The notes: generated by a model not told the origin, from the sequence alone. A stretch of DNA of 64,000 nucleotides from Octopus sinensis (GCF_006345805.1 NW_021835998.1:62001-126000), one strand, 5' to 3'. Numbered from the stretch's first letter, positions 1 through 12,900 are shown. A program made the numbers and translations.

Positions 1-520
1 AATGTCCGAGAGGCAATGCTGGGAAGCAAAAACTGATGTCAGGAAAGGAATTGGCATCTCTAGTTCGCAAGGGAGTACGTGTGTATTGGGGTGAGTCGTT
101 TAGGGCAACAAGGTGGTCGAGCCCGCGGAGACATACTCCCCCCGTTGATTCAGTTTCCCTTCACAAAACCATAATGGGTTTTTGCATTGAAGTCTCCACA
201 CAGAATTGTGTTCTTCAATGGTAAAAACCAGGAGAGGTCTGGAATGTAGCCCTTCGAACCACTTGTAGGAGGAGGAATATACAGGTTGACGAGTGTGTAG
301 GCAACGCTATTGATTGTTATTAGTACTGTGACGAACTCCAAGTGGGCGTCGGGGGGAAATGTGGAACGTATGGAATTGGTAGTGTTAGTGAAAGGAATGT
401 TGTCACGGATGATGGTGATGAGATCTCCTCCATTCAGTCCGTTAGGGCGGTCCATTCCACCCAATACCATGGCCTGGTCGCCAATGACCTCAATGGTACT
501 TTCTGTTAAAAAATTTACAC
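1..520 (-). mobile_element. LINE ORF2 fragment, APE endonuclease domain (degenerate)
   Basis: ORF 150-470(-) has APE motifs (NLYIPP...ILCGDFNAK) followed by stops; it runs off the window edge. Confidence 0.7.
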
Positions 521-1019
521 TCGTCGATTTCCACTATCGACTCTTCTAAAAATTAAAATATAGTTCGTACGAGATGAGATTTCCTTGGTAATTTAATTAA
601 TGCCCATATATACGTAAGCATCAAAATTTTCGCTAACGGTAAATGACTTCCTAAAATAAGTTTAAGGATCACTTACTGCAAAACCAGCTGTTCGTTCTTA
701 TACTTCGAGAAGTATTGCATGGAATACATAACCAAATTGCGTTATCCACGTTTCTTCTTGACTTAGATAAACGACAGCGTCTCTATTTGTGAGAATATAG
801 GTCTTACTTTACAGTGAACGCATTTCATTGTGTTAGAGATCAACCGCCTCTCTGCGCACCAAATTGCACACTCTTCTATATTATCGCCGAAGAGCCTGTT
901 GGAGATTACCAGAATTCTATTATCTCATCTTGTTTACAGGAGATCTCATTTATGTTTATTTGTAGAATGGTGAGGCAGTTCGAAGCTCCCGGATTGGGTT
1001 CAATATCGCCGGAGAGGGC

Positions 1020-1154
1020 AAGTGACTCATGGAAGAGACTGAGCGCCACTTCGAGGACAGCCTGAAGATCCAAGGGATCCAATGGGGAGACTATAAAGGG
1101 TCTTTTAGTCGCAGTGAGAAACACAGCGTCTAACTTTCGCCACGTGAAGGTGAC
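1020..1154 (+). repeat. ~135-bp dispersed repeat, second copy at 37931-38065 (-)
   Basis: Direct sequence match; both copies encode ME(E)xERHFxDSxKIxGIQWGxYxGSFSRSEKHSV. Family unassigned. Confidence 0.7.
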
Positions 1155-1209
1155 ATACTGGTTTGTAAAATGTCAAAGCTTTTGTTTTTAATATAAATGT
1201 CTGTTCAAC

Positions 1210-2054
1210 CAGGTGTTCTCAACCGGGGGCGATATTAATATTTCTTCTATAGTGTTTATCCTTAAATTTTATATTCAAAATACCACGCTGTTTTTACATT
1301 CTTGTTTGATATCTAAGATGTCTTCTCGTGCAAATAAGAAAAGTCGTCATTATAAAAGCGAATATTTAAAATATGGGTTTATTCAAAGTACTGAGGATAC
1401 AAAACAGCCTTATTGTCTAATTTGCAAAAGATAATTGCATTGAAATATAATGAAGAATATATTTATAGAGTCAGGGAACGTAAGCTTGGCGCTCGTCCCG
1501 TAGCCACTACCAACCAAACCGTTGACAGGTTGGTTGGCAAGGGGGAAAAATTGGTTCTGTTTGTTGCTGATGTGAAATCAGCATCCAATCGTCTCCACGA
1601 GAAGGTGAACCACATGACGATCAAAAAAACAACCAATTAATTGATAAATATTTTCTTTAAACGAATAAAATTATTAGAGAAGTTAACTAAATTAGATGAG
1701 TCGCCGAGCGGATGGACAGGCAATTTCCACGTAATATCGCGAACGATATCCGCTGAAAAAGCCAGTTCTTTTAACGCCTGTCGTGACTCCTCCTCTAGAT
1801 GATTAAACCAATCTCTGAGAGGAGTTTGAGGGCTTTGGGTCCAATTATCCCACTGATCTCGAAAGCCGGAGGAATGAAGCAGCATGTATCGGTCAAAGAG
1901 CCATATTTTGCAGTTTTCCTAGATTCGGCATGGGCAGATCCAGGACGAGAAGCGGAGTCAGGGATAATGCACAAAAATTTTTAAATTGGATGTGGACAAA
2001 AGGGCAATAAAATTTCAAAGGGGGCGATGAACAACAAAAGGTTGAGAATGCCTG
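1210..2054 (+). mobile_element. Non-autonomous hAT (Buster/ZBED5-like) element
   Basis: TIRs CAGGTGTTCTCAACC / CAGGCATTCTCAACC; 8-bp TSD TGTTCAAC (1202-1209, 2055-2062); BED-finger start SRHYKSEYLKYGF...PYCLIC. Confidence 0.85.
1690..1965 (-). mobile_element. CRE-like non-LTR retrotransposon 3' fragment nested in the hAT element
   Basis: Minus-strand translation KTAKYGSL...GPKALKLLSEIG...WLFQRISFAILRGN, the REL-domain C-terminus also seen in other copies here. Confidence 0.75.
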
Positions 2055-2149
2055 TGTTCAACGACTTTTTATAATAAATTAGTTTGTGGTCAATTTTTAC
2101 GCAAGAAATAGAATATTAAGATAATCAATCTATATTTATTTAATGCTCG

Positions 2150-4950
2150 AAGTTATGCTTTGTGTACTATGAACTTTGGCAGTCGAAAACGCTGGATTTA
2201 CTGTGCAACTTGTTCAAATCCTTCCCACATGTCTAGTGTCAAAATGACCAAGAGAGCAATGTCTGGTATTTCCTCCTGGAACTGTTTTTCATGCCTGGAC
2301 ATAAACCGAAGCAATCCAGTATGCCGTCAGACCTTATTTCCATGCTGAAGCTCATATCGGAAAGGCGCAGATCTTGCAACATCCCTGTGAAGATCCCCAA
2401 GGCAGCACGAGCCGCTGCGGCTGATGCTTTTTCAACATGTCATGACGCTGTGATCTTGTCTAAGGACGAACAGGACTGGATCCGTCCTCTGAGGTTTGCT
2501 CCCTGGGCTCTCGGTGCCCCTCTGAAATTTGATTGGGATATGACATCTTTAGCCACTCGAATGAAGAAAAACATCAACTTTTTCATGGCTCGGGAATACT
2601 GCCCCAATTACCAAAATCATAAAAACAGACTCAAAGCCCCCAGTATGAACGTCCAGAGGCTCAACAAATCCGCTTACGCAAAATAATCCACTCAAAACTT
2701 AGCGAGGGCGGAGTTCGGGCAGCCCTCAGAGTTATTCCGTCTGAAAATGGACAACTCAACCCGTCCCGGCCAGTCTTCGAGGCTTTACTCGAAAAACATT
2801 CATTTTTTCGGAGGAAATGTTTCTATCGGAATCCACTCTTTCCCTCCGTGCAGCAGCGGAGGGGTTGATGGACTCCGCCCTGGACATCTGAAGGACCTAA
2901 TTTCCCACACCGTGGGTGATCTCGGTACACGTCTGCTCAAATCAATTACTTGTCTGATAAATCAACTACTCTAAGGAAATCTGCCGGATGCTATTCGTCA
3001 CATACTCTTCTCAGCCAATCTCATCTCTTTTGGCAAAATTCGTTTAAATCCGTTCAATTACGGTCGGCTTTTTGTTCCGTTGGCTTGCAGCCATGATCCC
3101 TTGCAAGAAAATTATCCGCTCAATCGCTGCAAAACTCATCCTAGTCCAACTCGGGGTCGACCTCCCTGGAGAATGCGAATCTGGAGTTCATGCTATCCGC
3201 ACATTCTCAGATGCATGCAAGAAATCCCCACGTTGAAACATTGATCAAACTAGACATCAGAAATGCATTTGACAGTATCCAACGGGACTGAGTGTCGGAG
3301 GCTTGCTCTGATTGTCCTTCATTATTTGACCTAACTTTCCAATCATACGGCCAACCACGTCCCTTATTTTCAGATACGATATTATCGCATCTGCTACGGG
3401 AGTTCAACAGGGAGACCCTTTGGGGTCTCTCCTTTTCTGTCTTGGAATTTCTGAGGTGACCAAACTTGTATTTTCCTCACTTAATCTCTGGTACTTCTAT
3501 GACACCACTCTCGGAGGTCTTCCGGACACCGTTCTGCAGGACATAATAAAAATTGTTCCGCCCCTGGAGAAAGTTGGCCTCAGTTTAAACTTCTCTAAAT
3601 GCGAAATTTCTAATTTCGGGTGTTCGCAATCTACCTTCGAAGACGCGCCTGCTCTTTTCCTAATCTCATCCCGGGAGTGCAATCTGTATACTTCCATTAA
3701 CCATTTTTCTATCATCGGAGTCCCGATTGATGTGGCCCTACGCAATAAGAAATTCTTTCTCGAAGCTGTTTTCGAACATTGCACTCACACTCAGCATTAT
3801 TCCTTCTACGAGATTGGTTTTCAATCCAAAACCTCACTTATCTGCTATACTCTTCTCCGTGCTTTGCTTTATCAAAGAGGCTTTCTGCCATTGACCACCT
3901 TATCCGTAATTGCACTCAAAACATATGCAATTCCCCCTTCGACAATAGGAATTGGATATAGGCAACCCTCTCGGTAATCTTTGGCGGTCTCAGCATTAGC
4001 TAATGTTCCGATTTATCTTTCCCTGCTTTTCCTTCGTCTCTCTCCTCGAGCAACACATTTGTCATGGAAATTCTACTCTCCTTTTCTGAATTTTGGCTCA
4101 ATTCAGCAAAACCTGGAGGGAACAAGATCTTGACCTACCGGAGGATCAAATGTCTCAACGACCCTGGGATCTAATAGGATGCAAGCAAACTTTCAATCTG
4201 CTATTCGAATCGTCTAACCAACATCGCCGCGCTTGCCTACTTTCGGCTATATCCCCAGCTAGTGGAGCTTGGCTTTGCTCATTTTCGAACGCCTCATCTG
4301 GCACCCTTCTCAATGACGAATGGGTAAGGATTGGAATCTTACTGCGCCTTGGGCTAAGGCAATGTGTCCCGCATGTGTGTCGTTGTGGCTGCTCTGTTAA
4401 CTTTTTCGGTCTGCATCGTTTATCGTGCAGGAGAAGTGCCGAACGATTTCCGAGGCACTCGGCTATGAATGATGTCATACGGAGGGCTCTTGACTCGGCG
4501 GGATTTCCTTCGGTCCTCGAACCACCGGGGCTTGACCGCAGTGACGGGAGACGCCATAACGGAATGACCCTTTTCGCCTTTGAAGGTGGAAAAGCACTCG
4601 TATGGGATGCGACCTGCTGAGAGACGTTTTCTGCCTCACACCTAGCTTCATGCGCTCCTGAGACTATATCCGCAGCAAGGCCGAAGACACAAAATACTCC
4701 GGCCTTTCGGATAAGTTTTTCTTGCTGCCGATTGTGGTGGAGACGTCGGTGCTCTTGGTCAGAAGACGGAAAACTTCCTCCGCAAGCTTGCGGCTTAAAT
4801 TTCCATGCGCACTCACGATCATCAGGAGGTGGACTGGCTTTTCCAGCGGTTTTCTATCGCCGTTCTCAGGGAGACAGATTGGCGATCCGTCGGGCCGCTG
4901 ACCCTCGCTTCGGCTAAAAGAATAATTAATTAACATTGTGATTTAATAAA
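2150..4950 (+). mobile_element. CRE-like non-LTR retrotransposon (PHD finger-RT-REL), frameshifted near-full-length copy
   Basis: N-terminal CxxC...H..WxCxxC; GVDGLRP; GVQQGDPLG; degenerate YLDD; SGAWL...LRLG, CxCG...HxLSC, RHxxxND, PD-like motif and WDATC spread over ORFs 2160-4917. Confidence 0.85.
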
Positions 4951-5335
4951 CGGTTTTATGTTAGTATATTTTGATGTTAATTTTTGACTAATAAATTTCT
5001 AATTGATTTGCCATTTTATATTGAGTTAACTTGCAAAAATTAAAGAAATTTTAATTTCAACGCACATATAGAGGCATATAGATTTTTAATAAATGTGTCT
5101 TTTTTATCATTAATCGATGACCGATAAATAATGAGTAATCAATTAATATTAAGAATTCAAAAAAGTTTGATAACTGTTTGAGCGAAAATAATAATTTTTT
5201 TTGAAATAATGTAGTAATAATTATTTATTTGATAATTATTTTTGATAATTTTTTAAACAATTACCGAAACTTTTAATACAATTTGTTACGTGTACAGAAA
5301 TTATTTAATTTTAATTTTTAATATTAGGTCAGTTT

Positions 5336-6340
5336 ATGAGTCGAGACATTAAAACAAAAAAAGTTGGATATTTTTATTTTGGAGGACTTGCAAGCATGGG
5401 TGCAGTCCTTTTCACACACCCCCTTGATTTGATCAAAGTTGTTTTGTTGTTTTGATTTGACTGGTTCATCTCCAAACACAAAAATCTGGAAATGGAATGA
5501 TAAAATTATTTGGAAATGTAATACGTGAAAACAATGTATCGGGCCTCTACAACGGGCTATCCGCCTCACTATTTAGACAGGGAACATATTCACTCACCCG
5601 ATTCGCTATTTATGAAACATTTAAAGAAAAAATTTCTCAAAAAACCAATAAACCACTCCTATTTTATCAAAAAGTATGCTTGGCCGGGTTTTCTGGGTTT
5701 GTCGGCGGAATTGTTGGCAATCCCGGAGATATGGTCAACGTCCGAATGCAGAATGACATGCGACTTCCTGTCAAAGACCGTCGAAAGTATTTTATTACTG
5801 TAGATCCCTAGCTACAAACATGTTTTTGATGGACTAGTTCGAGTATTAAGAGAAGAAGGAACTTTTAAGGTATTTAATGGAGTAACCATGACTTCAACCC
5901 GCGGTTTATTTATTACAATTGGCCAAATCTCAATTTATGAACAAGTGAAGGAAATGCTTCTCAAAACAAAATATTTTAACGACAATACTCTCCTTCATTT
6001 TATTAGCAGTTTCGTGGCGGTAGTTCATTTGGATTATTGTAGGGAGCAGTGGCAACGGTAATCTGCCAACCTATCGATGTAATGAAGACTCGAATGATGA
6101 ACTCTAATTACTCAGTATTGCAGATTTATTAATGTTTAAGTCTCTATTTGAATGTTTTAAGGACGTGGGCCGTGATGGGGTTAGTGGATTCTTTAAGGTT
6201 AAGTATCCTTTCACGTGACGTAAATACAGGGGTTTACTCCGGCATTCGTCAGACTCGGCCCTCAGACAATCATGACTTTCTTAATTTACGAACAACTTGT
6301 TAGTAAATTTGGTAAAACTGTTGTGGAATGTTCTCCTTAA
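5336..6340 (+). CDS. SLC25A10: Mitochondrial dicarboxylate carrier (SLC25 family); exons 5336-5437, 5464-5786, 5812-6019, 6043-6114, 6141-6197, 6230-6340
   Basis: YFGGLAS..THPLDLIKVHLQTQ, GLSASLFRQGTYSLTRFAIYE, GNPGDMVNVRMQND, PIDVMKTRMMN, PAFVRLGPQT; five introns of 23-32 nt. Confidence 0.92.
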
Positions 6341-6633
6341 AAATATTTAATGTATTCTTTTTAATAAATATTTTTTAATATTTTTGCTATTAAATTTACT
6401 TTATAATTGGTTGCCTAGCCATTGATAAGGACAACTAAAGTTCTAGAAGACTACTAGTGAGCAAATATTCCGTAGATTTACTGGAAGATACTTTGGTTTA
6501 ACGAAGGGTCTTTGGGGTTAATATAATTTTGTCTAAAATCCTTAAATTAGAAATAGTTTGTTCCTGAAATAAATTTCCAAATTAGTGTTCAATGAATTAC
6601 CTAAAATCACACTATTTTTAAATTTGACGTAAA

Positions 6634-7119
6634 ATGACTTGGTTTCTTACAATTAACATAATTAGTTCATTAATTTTGACAAGTAGTTGCTGAATAATAA
6701 TTATTTTAGTTGAAATGCTTTCCATGTTTATTCCCACAATAATGAATGTGCATAGACAGTATCGTATAGTACAGTCAGAAACAGACCAAAAAATTAGAGA
6801 AATCAATGGAGAATATATCGCCGTACTTAACGTCGGAAATTATTCAGAAGTAAACCTTATTCGGGACGAAATTAATTTTATCAAATACTGGGCCTCCTAT
6901 TGGTCTCCGATTACATCTCAAAAATTTCATATGGGAACAAACATTGATAAAATCAGTCATTTTCCCACTGGAAATGATATTTTTATTGTTAGAATGTTAT
7001 CATCAGCTAGTACTCCACATAATGTGAGAATATTTATTTCTCATACGAATTTTTTATTTAATGGGGAACTTAATGTCACGGGAGAAGTAAATGTTAAATT
7101 CAAAAATTTGGAAGATTAG
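6634..7119 (+). CDS. Hypothetical 152-aa protein with hydrophobic N-terminus; one 27-nt intron (6683-6709)
   Basis: Removing the GT-AG intron joins MTWFLTINIISSLILT in frame to ORF 6715-7119; no family recognised. Confidence 0.6.
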
Positions 7120-7420
7120 TCACTGTAATCTGTAAGAGAAATTGCATCAAGTTATTATAATTTAGTTCTTCAATGATTGAGAAATTATCAAGTTTTCATT
7201 GAGCAATAGTCTGAAAATTTTTTTCTATGAGAGATTTATTCTATGAACAGTTATAATAAATCATTTTTGTCTAACGATTTACGGATGGTTGGTTTTGCTC
7301 TCTCTGGACAAATTATTCTCATCGAGGTATTCACAGAATATAATCCGACCTCCTAATTTTTTTTTTATTTTTTTAATGAATCAGGCCATTTTATTATTAA
7401 AAAGGTTTTAGACGAGCTGT

Positions 7421-10400
7421 CTCGTCAACTTTGTTATCCTTAAAAGCTATTTGTGAGTCTATTGATTCGTCCAACCCAGGAGAGTGGATGTCATCTCTTT
7501 TGAACTATGTCAAAGATCGTCTCAAGCGAGTACCTAGGGGAGGGTGGCCACTTATGGCCAGCTATTTTAATTCTAAATTTGGTAAGAAAAAATCGATATT
7601 CGAATTGAAAAAACTTGCTACTACTTTCCGCGGAAATAATGAAATCACCAAAACTGGACATAATATGAATAGAAAATTACCTGATTTGACACTGTACAAC
7701 AAAATTTTTGAAGAATTATTAATTCAAATTGATCAAAATAAATCAATACCAATCGAAGAAAGGAAGCAAACAAGAAAGATTCAATCTCAGCATGTAAATC
7801 ATGAAGTGATTGAAATGATTAATAAAGCCCTAATTGAATACACGTCGAATAACATTCCTGCAAGTATTGAGGATATTTCGTCTTTGATATACTCAGCACA
7901 ATGTGTATATCAACAGATATCAAGTAAATTGACATTCAAGTCGAATTGGAAACAAAAAATCCAAAATAAAATTGAATCTTTGATGGAGAATGATCGGTTA
8001 ATATCAAAGCATTTTATGTCCACCACTAAAGATGAGGAACGGAAGAAAGCAGTAGACATTCTCTGCTCCTACAATTATAAGAAGTCTAAAAGGGGGGAGT
8101 TTGAGAGAATATCGTCTACAATAAATGATCAAATCAAAATTCTAAACAAAAAGTTATCAGTTTCAGATTCAAGAAGGCAATATGGAATAGATAATAGAAA
8201 CTTCGAGTTGAACAGAAGATCGTTCTACAGAAAGCTGAATCCCAATTCTGATAACAAACAAATTGCTGGTTTTGACTCGTCTGAGTGTCTCAAGTTTTGG
8301 GGTGATGTTTGGAAGAAAAGGGATAAAACTGATTTGGGCCTTGGAGTGAACAAAAGAGTAACTGGAGTGGAAGATAATGCACCTGACGTTAGCGACGAGT
8401 TTATATCAAACTTAATTGAGTACCTTCCTAATTGGAAGGCTCCGGGATGTGATGCTGTGTACAATTTCTTTATCAAAAAGCTGGACTCTCTTCACAAATT
8501 TCTTTTCCAAGAGATCAGAAATATTATTAATGGTGTCAGTCAACCACAAGGATGGTTTTACACTGGAATTACATTTTTAATCCCAAAGAAAGCAAACTCT
8601 GTTGATCCGAAGGACCTTAGACCAATTACATGCATGCCGTGCTTATATAAATTGGTCACAAAATGTGTGAACGAAAAAATCGCTGTATATGCTGATACTT
8701 ACGATCTGATAACGGAGTTCCAGTTGGGATCTAAACGCCATTGCCAAGGAGCAAAGGAATTAGCGCTTCTAAATAGACGCGTTAATGAAGTTTATGGAAA
8801 CAAATTATTATGTGCATGGATCGACGTAAAGAAAGCTTTTGACTCAGTGAGTCACGAATTTCTTTTTGAAGTTTTGGAAAACTCAGGACTACCTAAATGG
8901 ATAACGAAATTTATGATGTCAATAATTCCTAACTGGAGAGTGTCGTTAAGATTAGGAAAAGAGCTGCTTGGAACAGTTAATATTGATCGTGGTATACTCC
9001 AAGGTGACTCACTGTCACCACAGTTATTTGTATTGGTCTTGGATCCATTAAGCAGGATTTTATCTTTAAAATATCCGAGTATGTCAATCAATACTGGTGA
9101 AGACAAGTCCTTAACCTTTTCTACCAATCATTTTCTATTCATCGATGATTTGAAGCTTTTTGCTCAGAAGGAAGAGACACTGGCACGCATGATGGAGGAT
9201 GTGAACATTTACTTTAAACTGGCTGGTTTGGAGAAGAATTTTGAGAAATCAGCGACAAATTGTTATTTGTTGAGGAATGAAGCTACATTAATGGATGGAC
9301 TAGATAGCTATCGCTATCTGGGGGTGCTAGAAGACAGATGCAGTAATGTTCTTAAAGAGGATGTACTCAAAAATATTAAAGAAGAAATGCAAAAGCGTAT
9401 TGGAAGACTATCGGAAACTAAACTAAATGCAGTCAATCTATTTAGAGCAATTAATGAGCATGCTCTATCGCTGATTAACTATTATATCGGTCTACTCAAT
9501 CTGGAACCATCTTGTTTCGAAGAAATGGACAAGTTTGTCAGAAAGCTGTTGGCTGATTTGAAAATTCACATGAAGCCAGCCTGTAAAGAAAGACTGTATC
9601 TGCCAAGAGATACACTTGGAAGGGGACTTGTATCAGTTGCCTTTAAGGCGGAAAAAATGCTGTTGGACTTCAAAACCAATTTGGAAAGGCGAAAGTTAAT
9701 CTCCTTGAGAAAAGCAGCAATTTTGTGGGCCGAACAGAAAAGGAAAACCCATATGGCCACAATCACAGAATTCCTGCATTGTAAATATGGAACAACCACA
9801 CTCGATGAGATTGCTAAATCACTACGTGACTTGCAGATAGAGTCACTGTTGCTTAGTATTAAAAAGAAAAGGTTGCATTCGAAGCTATTTGAGTCGCTTG
9901 AGAATAATACTTTTGATATCCCAACATCTTCAACATGGCTAAAGAAAGGGAATATATCTCCTAAATCTGAGGCAATGCTCTCTTTTCTTCAAGACAGAAA
10001 CGTCTTTTTCAGAAACTCTGATGAAAAATGCCCACATTGTAAATCCTCGCCTAAAACCGTGGACCATCTTGCGACGCGATGCAGTAGAATGCTAAATTCA
10101 GATTATACCAGAAGGCATAACGAGATTGTGAGGTGTGTTCACATGCACTTGTGTCGGAGATTTGGAATGAAGAAGTCCAAGAGACTGAAAAACCACTCCG
10201 TGCAAAGTATAATGTCGAATAGCTCTGCGGAAATTCGGGTCGATACTACAATTCCAACTGAACTAAAAATACAATATAACAAGCCTGATATATTCCTGTA
10301 TGACAAGAAGGAAAATTTGATATGGATCATTGAAGTGGGTGTTACCTCGATAGATAATTTGAAATCGGTGGAAGTGGAAAAAATGCATAAATACGACATT

Positions 10401-10816
10401 CTAGCCAGTGAATTACAATTAATTCACAAGGCTAAGGTAAAGATTGTACCGATTGTCCTCACGTGAGATGGGATAGTCTCTACATTCTTCAGAAAATATA
10501 TGGACCTTCTTAAAATCAAAGAAAGTGTGCAAGCATACATCCAGACTGTTGGTTTGAAAAAAACAATGGAAAGCATGATAGTAGAACACAAATTTGGCTT
10601 CGAAAATATGTCTACCTCAGGTAACTCATTTGACGAAGGACGGAAATCGGTGAAGAGACGGCGAGATTCTGTAGTTTCCGCCGATGAAGGAAACAACTCC
10701 GAAGTGGGAACAGATAGCGGGAAGAGGATTCCGAGAGTAAACTTGGCGGAGCAAACTAATATGGAAAAGGAAAGTTAATTAGTTAATTAATTAAATTTCA
10801 AAATTTTCAATTTTCA
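7421..10816 (+). mobile_element. R4/Dong-like non-LTR retrotransposon (RT-CCHC-REL), near full length, one nonsense mutation
   Basis: ORF 7431-10466 continues in frame to 10778 past a TGA at a conserved W (TWDGIVS in other copies); motifs QGDSLSP, FIDDLK, CPHC..HLATRC, RHNE, KPD..IEVG; 12-bp TSD TAGACGAGCTGT (7409-7420, 10817-10828). Confidence 0.93.
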
Positions 10817-10844
10817 TAGACGAGCTGTAAAAAGCGCATATAAT

Positions 10845-10960
10845 TAATTCGCAGCTGACGACATAATCGAATAGGCATTGCCGCGAACAACGGCCAAACC
10901 TATTCTTTGTCGAATACGGCCAAACCTCCTAATTGGAACACCAAGTGCCTCAAAAACAAG
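10845..10960 (-). mobile_element. CRE-like 3'-end fragment
   Basis: Minus strand encodes RQRIGLAVVRGNAYSIMSSAAN*. Confidence 0.7.
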
Positions 10961-11399
10961 TGTTTTGTAAAACAGATTTTTAAATATCAAAAATCAATTT
11001 TGGAAAATAATTAATAAAATATTATTTTATTTTACTTACAATTTTATTTTCGACAATTTTATAGTGCACCAAAATTTCCATAGTTTGTATCAATTTTCAT
11101 TTTACTCTGACAAAATGACAGTCGGTAAAGAACACGAATAAGACATAAGTTCAAGAGATGTACGTCACCACCTCAACCAAAAAAACAAAAAAACAGTCTA
11201 CGGAGAGAATGTATAGAACACGCACAAGGGAGATTTAATTAACTTTATGTTTTTTCGAAAGTGCTCTCAATAATAATAAAATGACAGTCAAAAACAAAAT
11301 GCCCCAAAATGCGGGGGTGCCCCACTCTTAGATTCTACCCTAATTCGGAGTCTGTACCAAGTAAATGATGTTCAAGAAATTATGGGTTTGTTTGTTCAT

Positions 11400-11545
11400 T
11401 GTGGTTTTAATGCCCTTTTCAAAAACAATGAAATTCGACATTTTGTCAACATTGTTATCCTCTATTGACTCATCCAACCAAGGAGAGTGGATTTCGTCTC
11501 TTTTAAACTGTATTAAAGATCGTCTTAAACAGGTATTTAGTCGCG
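11400..11545 (+). mobile_element. 5' fragment of a paralogous R4-like element
   Basis: MKFDILSTLLSSIDSSNQGEWISSLLNCIKDRLK aligns with the start of the 7421 element. Confidence 0.75.
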
Positions 11546-11619
11546 TGTTGTTAACTATGTTTTTTTGCCCAGCAAATTGAAACCTGCTGTTCATCTTTTG
11601 TTCATTCAGAGGTCAACTC

Positions 11620-12900
11620 TAAATGGCTATCTGTCTCTCTTAGCAAGTCAAAGCAAACTCCTCCAGGGTGATATGTCTGAAGCGGTGCGCATTGTTTCGT
11701 TAAACTCTTTTGTGGATCCTTAATGTGATACTGTTCTATACAAACTCCACAGGACACACCCTCTCAACCCTGCCGACATCTTTGTAATACCGCTAATAGA
11801 TCAGGTTCCGCCTATCTCGATAACCTCGTCGAAAATCTCGGCCTTTCTTGGGTTTTTAGCGTCTACCAGCAGTGGTGTGATAGACGACTTAAAGCCCATT
11901 CATTTCCACGATCTCATGTCCTCGATAACCCACAAACCCGGAAGAGATCTGATATCTTAAATCACTCGCCTTTGTTCCCATGTTGCTTCGAGCGCAATTC
12001 CAGCTGCCGCCAGAGAGCTTTTCTCTGCAGGGTTCATTGCCTTGTCGAAAGCTGATGATGGCGTGAAGCTTATCGCGTTTGGTAACGTCTTCAGGAGACT
12101 TCTGTCAAAATAATGTCCCGCAGAGTGGTCCCCATCCTGAGTTCAGAGTTCCTTCCGTACCAGTACGGTGTCGATATCAAAGGTGCATGTAAAATTCTTG
12201 CGCACGGCACTCGCCAACTTTTCCACTCAAAGTCCGAATACTGCAAGTTCATCTTAAAGCTGGGACGTTAGTAACGCTTTTAACTGCGTTCTCCCGGGCC
12301 ACCTGCTCAAAGTGGTCTCAGTCCGTCGCCCAGAGCTCTTCTCAATTGTTAAATTGAAATATTTCTCTCCAAACTGCCTTTTGAATCACGACCAAATTAT
12401 TGTATCTGAATGTGGTATTTAGCAGGGTGACCTACTGGGCCCACTGCTGTTAGCCCCCTCTGTTGACAATATTGCACGCAACCTTTTTCCCAATGTTAAC
12501 TTCTGTTACCTGAAGTAACGATCGGGGGACCCACAGAAGTTGTTATGGAGGACGTTAATTGAATCACTTCTGTAAGCTTACCTCACAGCTAGCTTTGTCT
12601 TCCTGAAAAATTTCTTTTTGTTCCGAGACCTTCGTTCTTCCCCACTGATTTCTTATTTAGAATCGACAATTTACTCCACAAATCCTTAATATACCATTTC
12701 AAAACAAGGTTCACTGGCGACATTTTTACCCGTGCCACCATACCTACGCATTTTGAGAAGATCGAAATTTGCTCTTGTAGGGACCTGGCCCTGTCTTGCT
12801 ATCTTTCTTTCATTTCGGCTTCCAGGAATTCTTTTTTCTCAGTTTTATTTCTCTCTCGAACCCAAAAAGCGTTCGGAATACCCATCCGTCTGCCGTGTTT
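11620..12900 (+). mobile_element. Degenerate CRE-like RT region
   Basis: IAFGNVFRRL, YQYGV, DVSNAFN and QGDLLGPLL motifs with stops and frameshifts. Confidence 0.75.
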
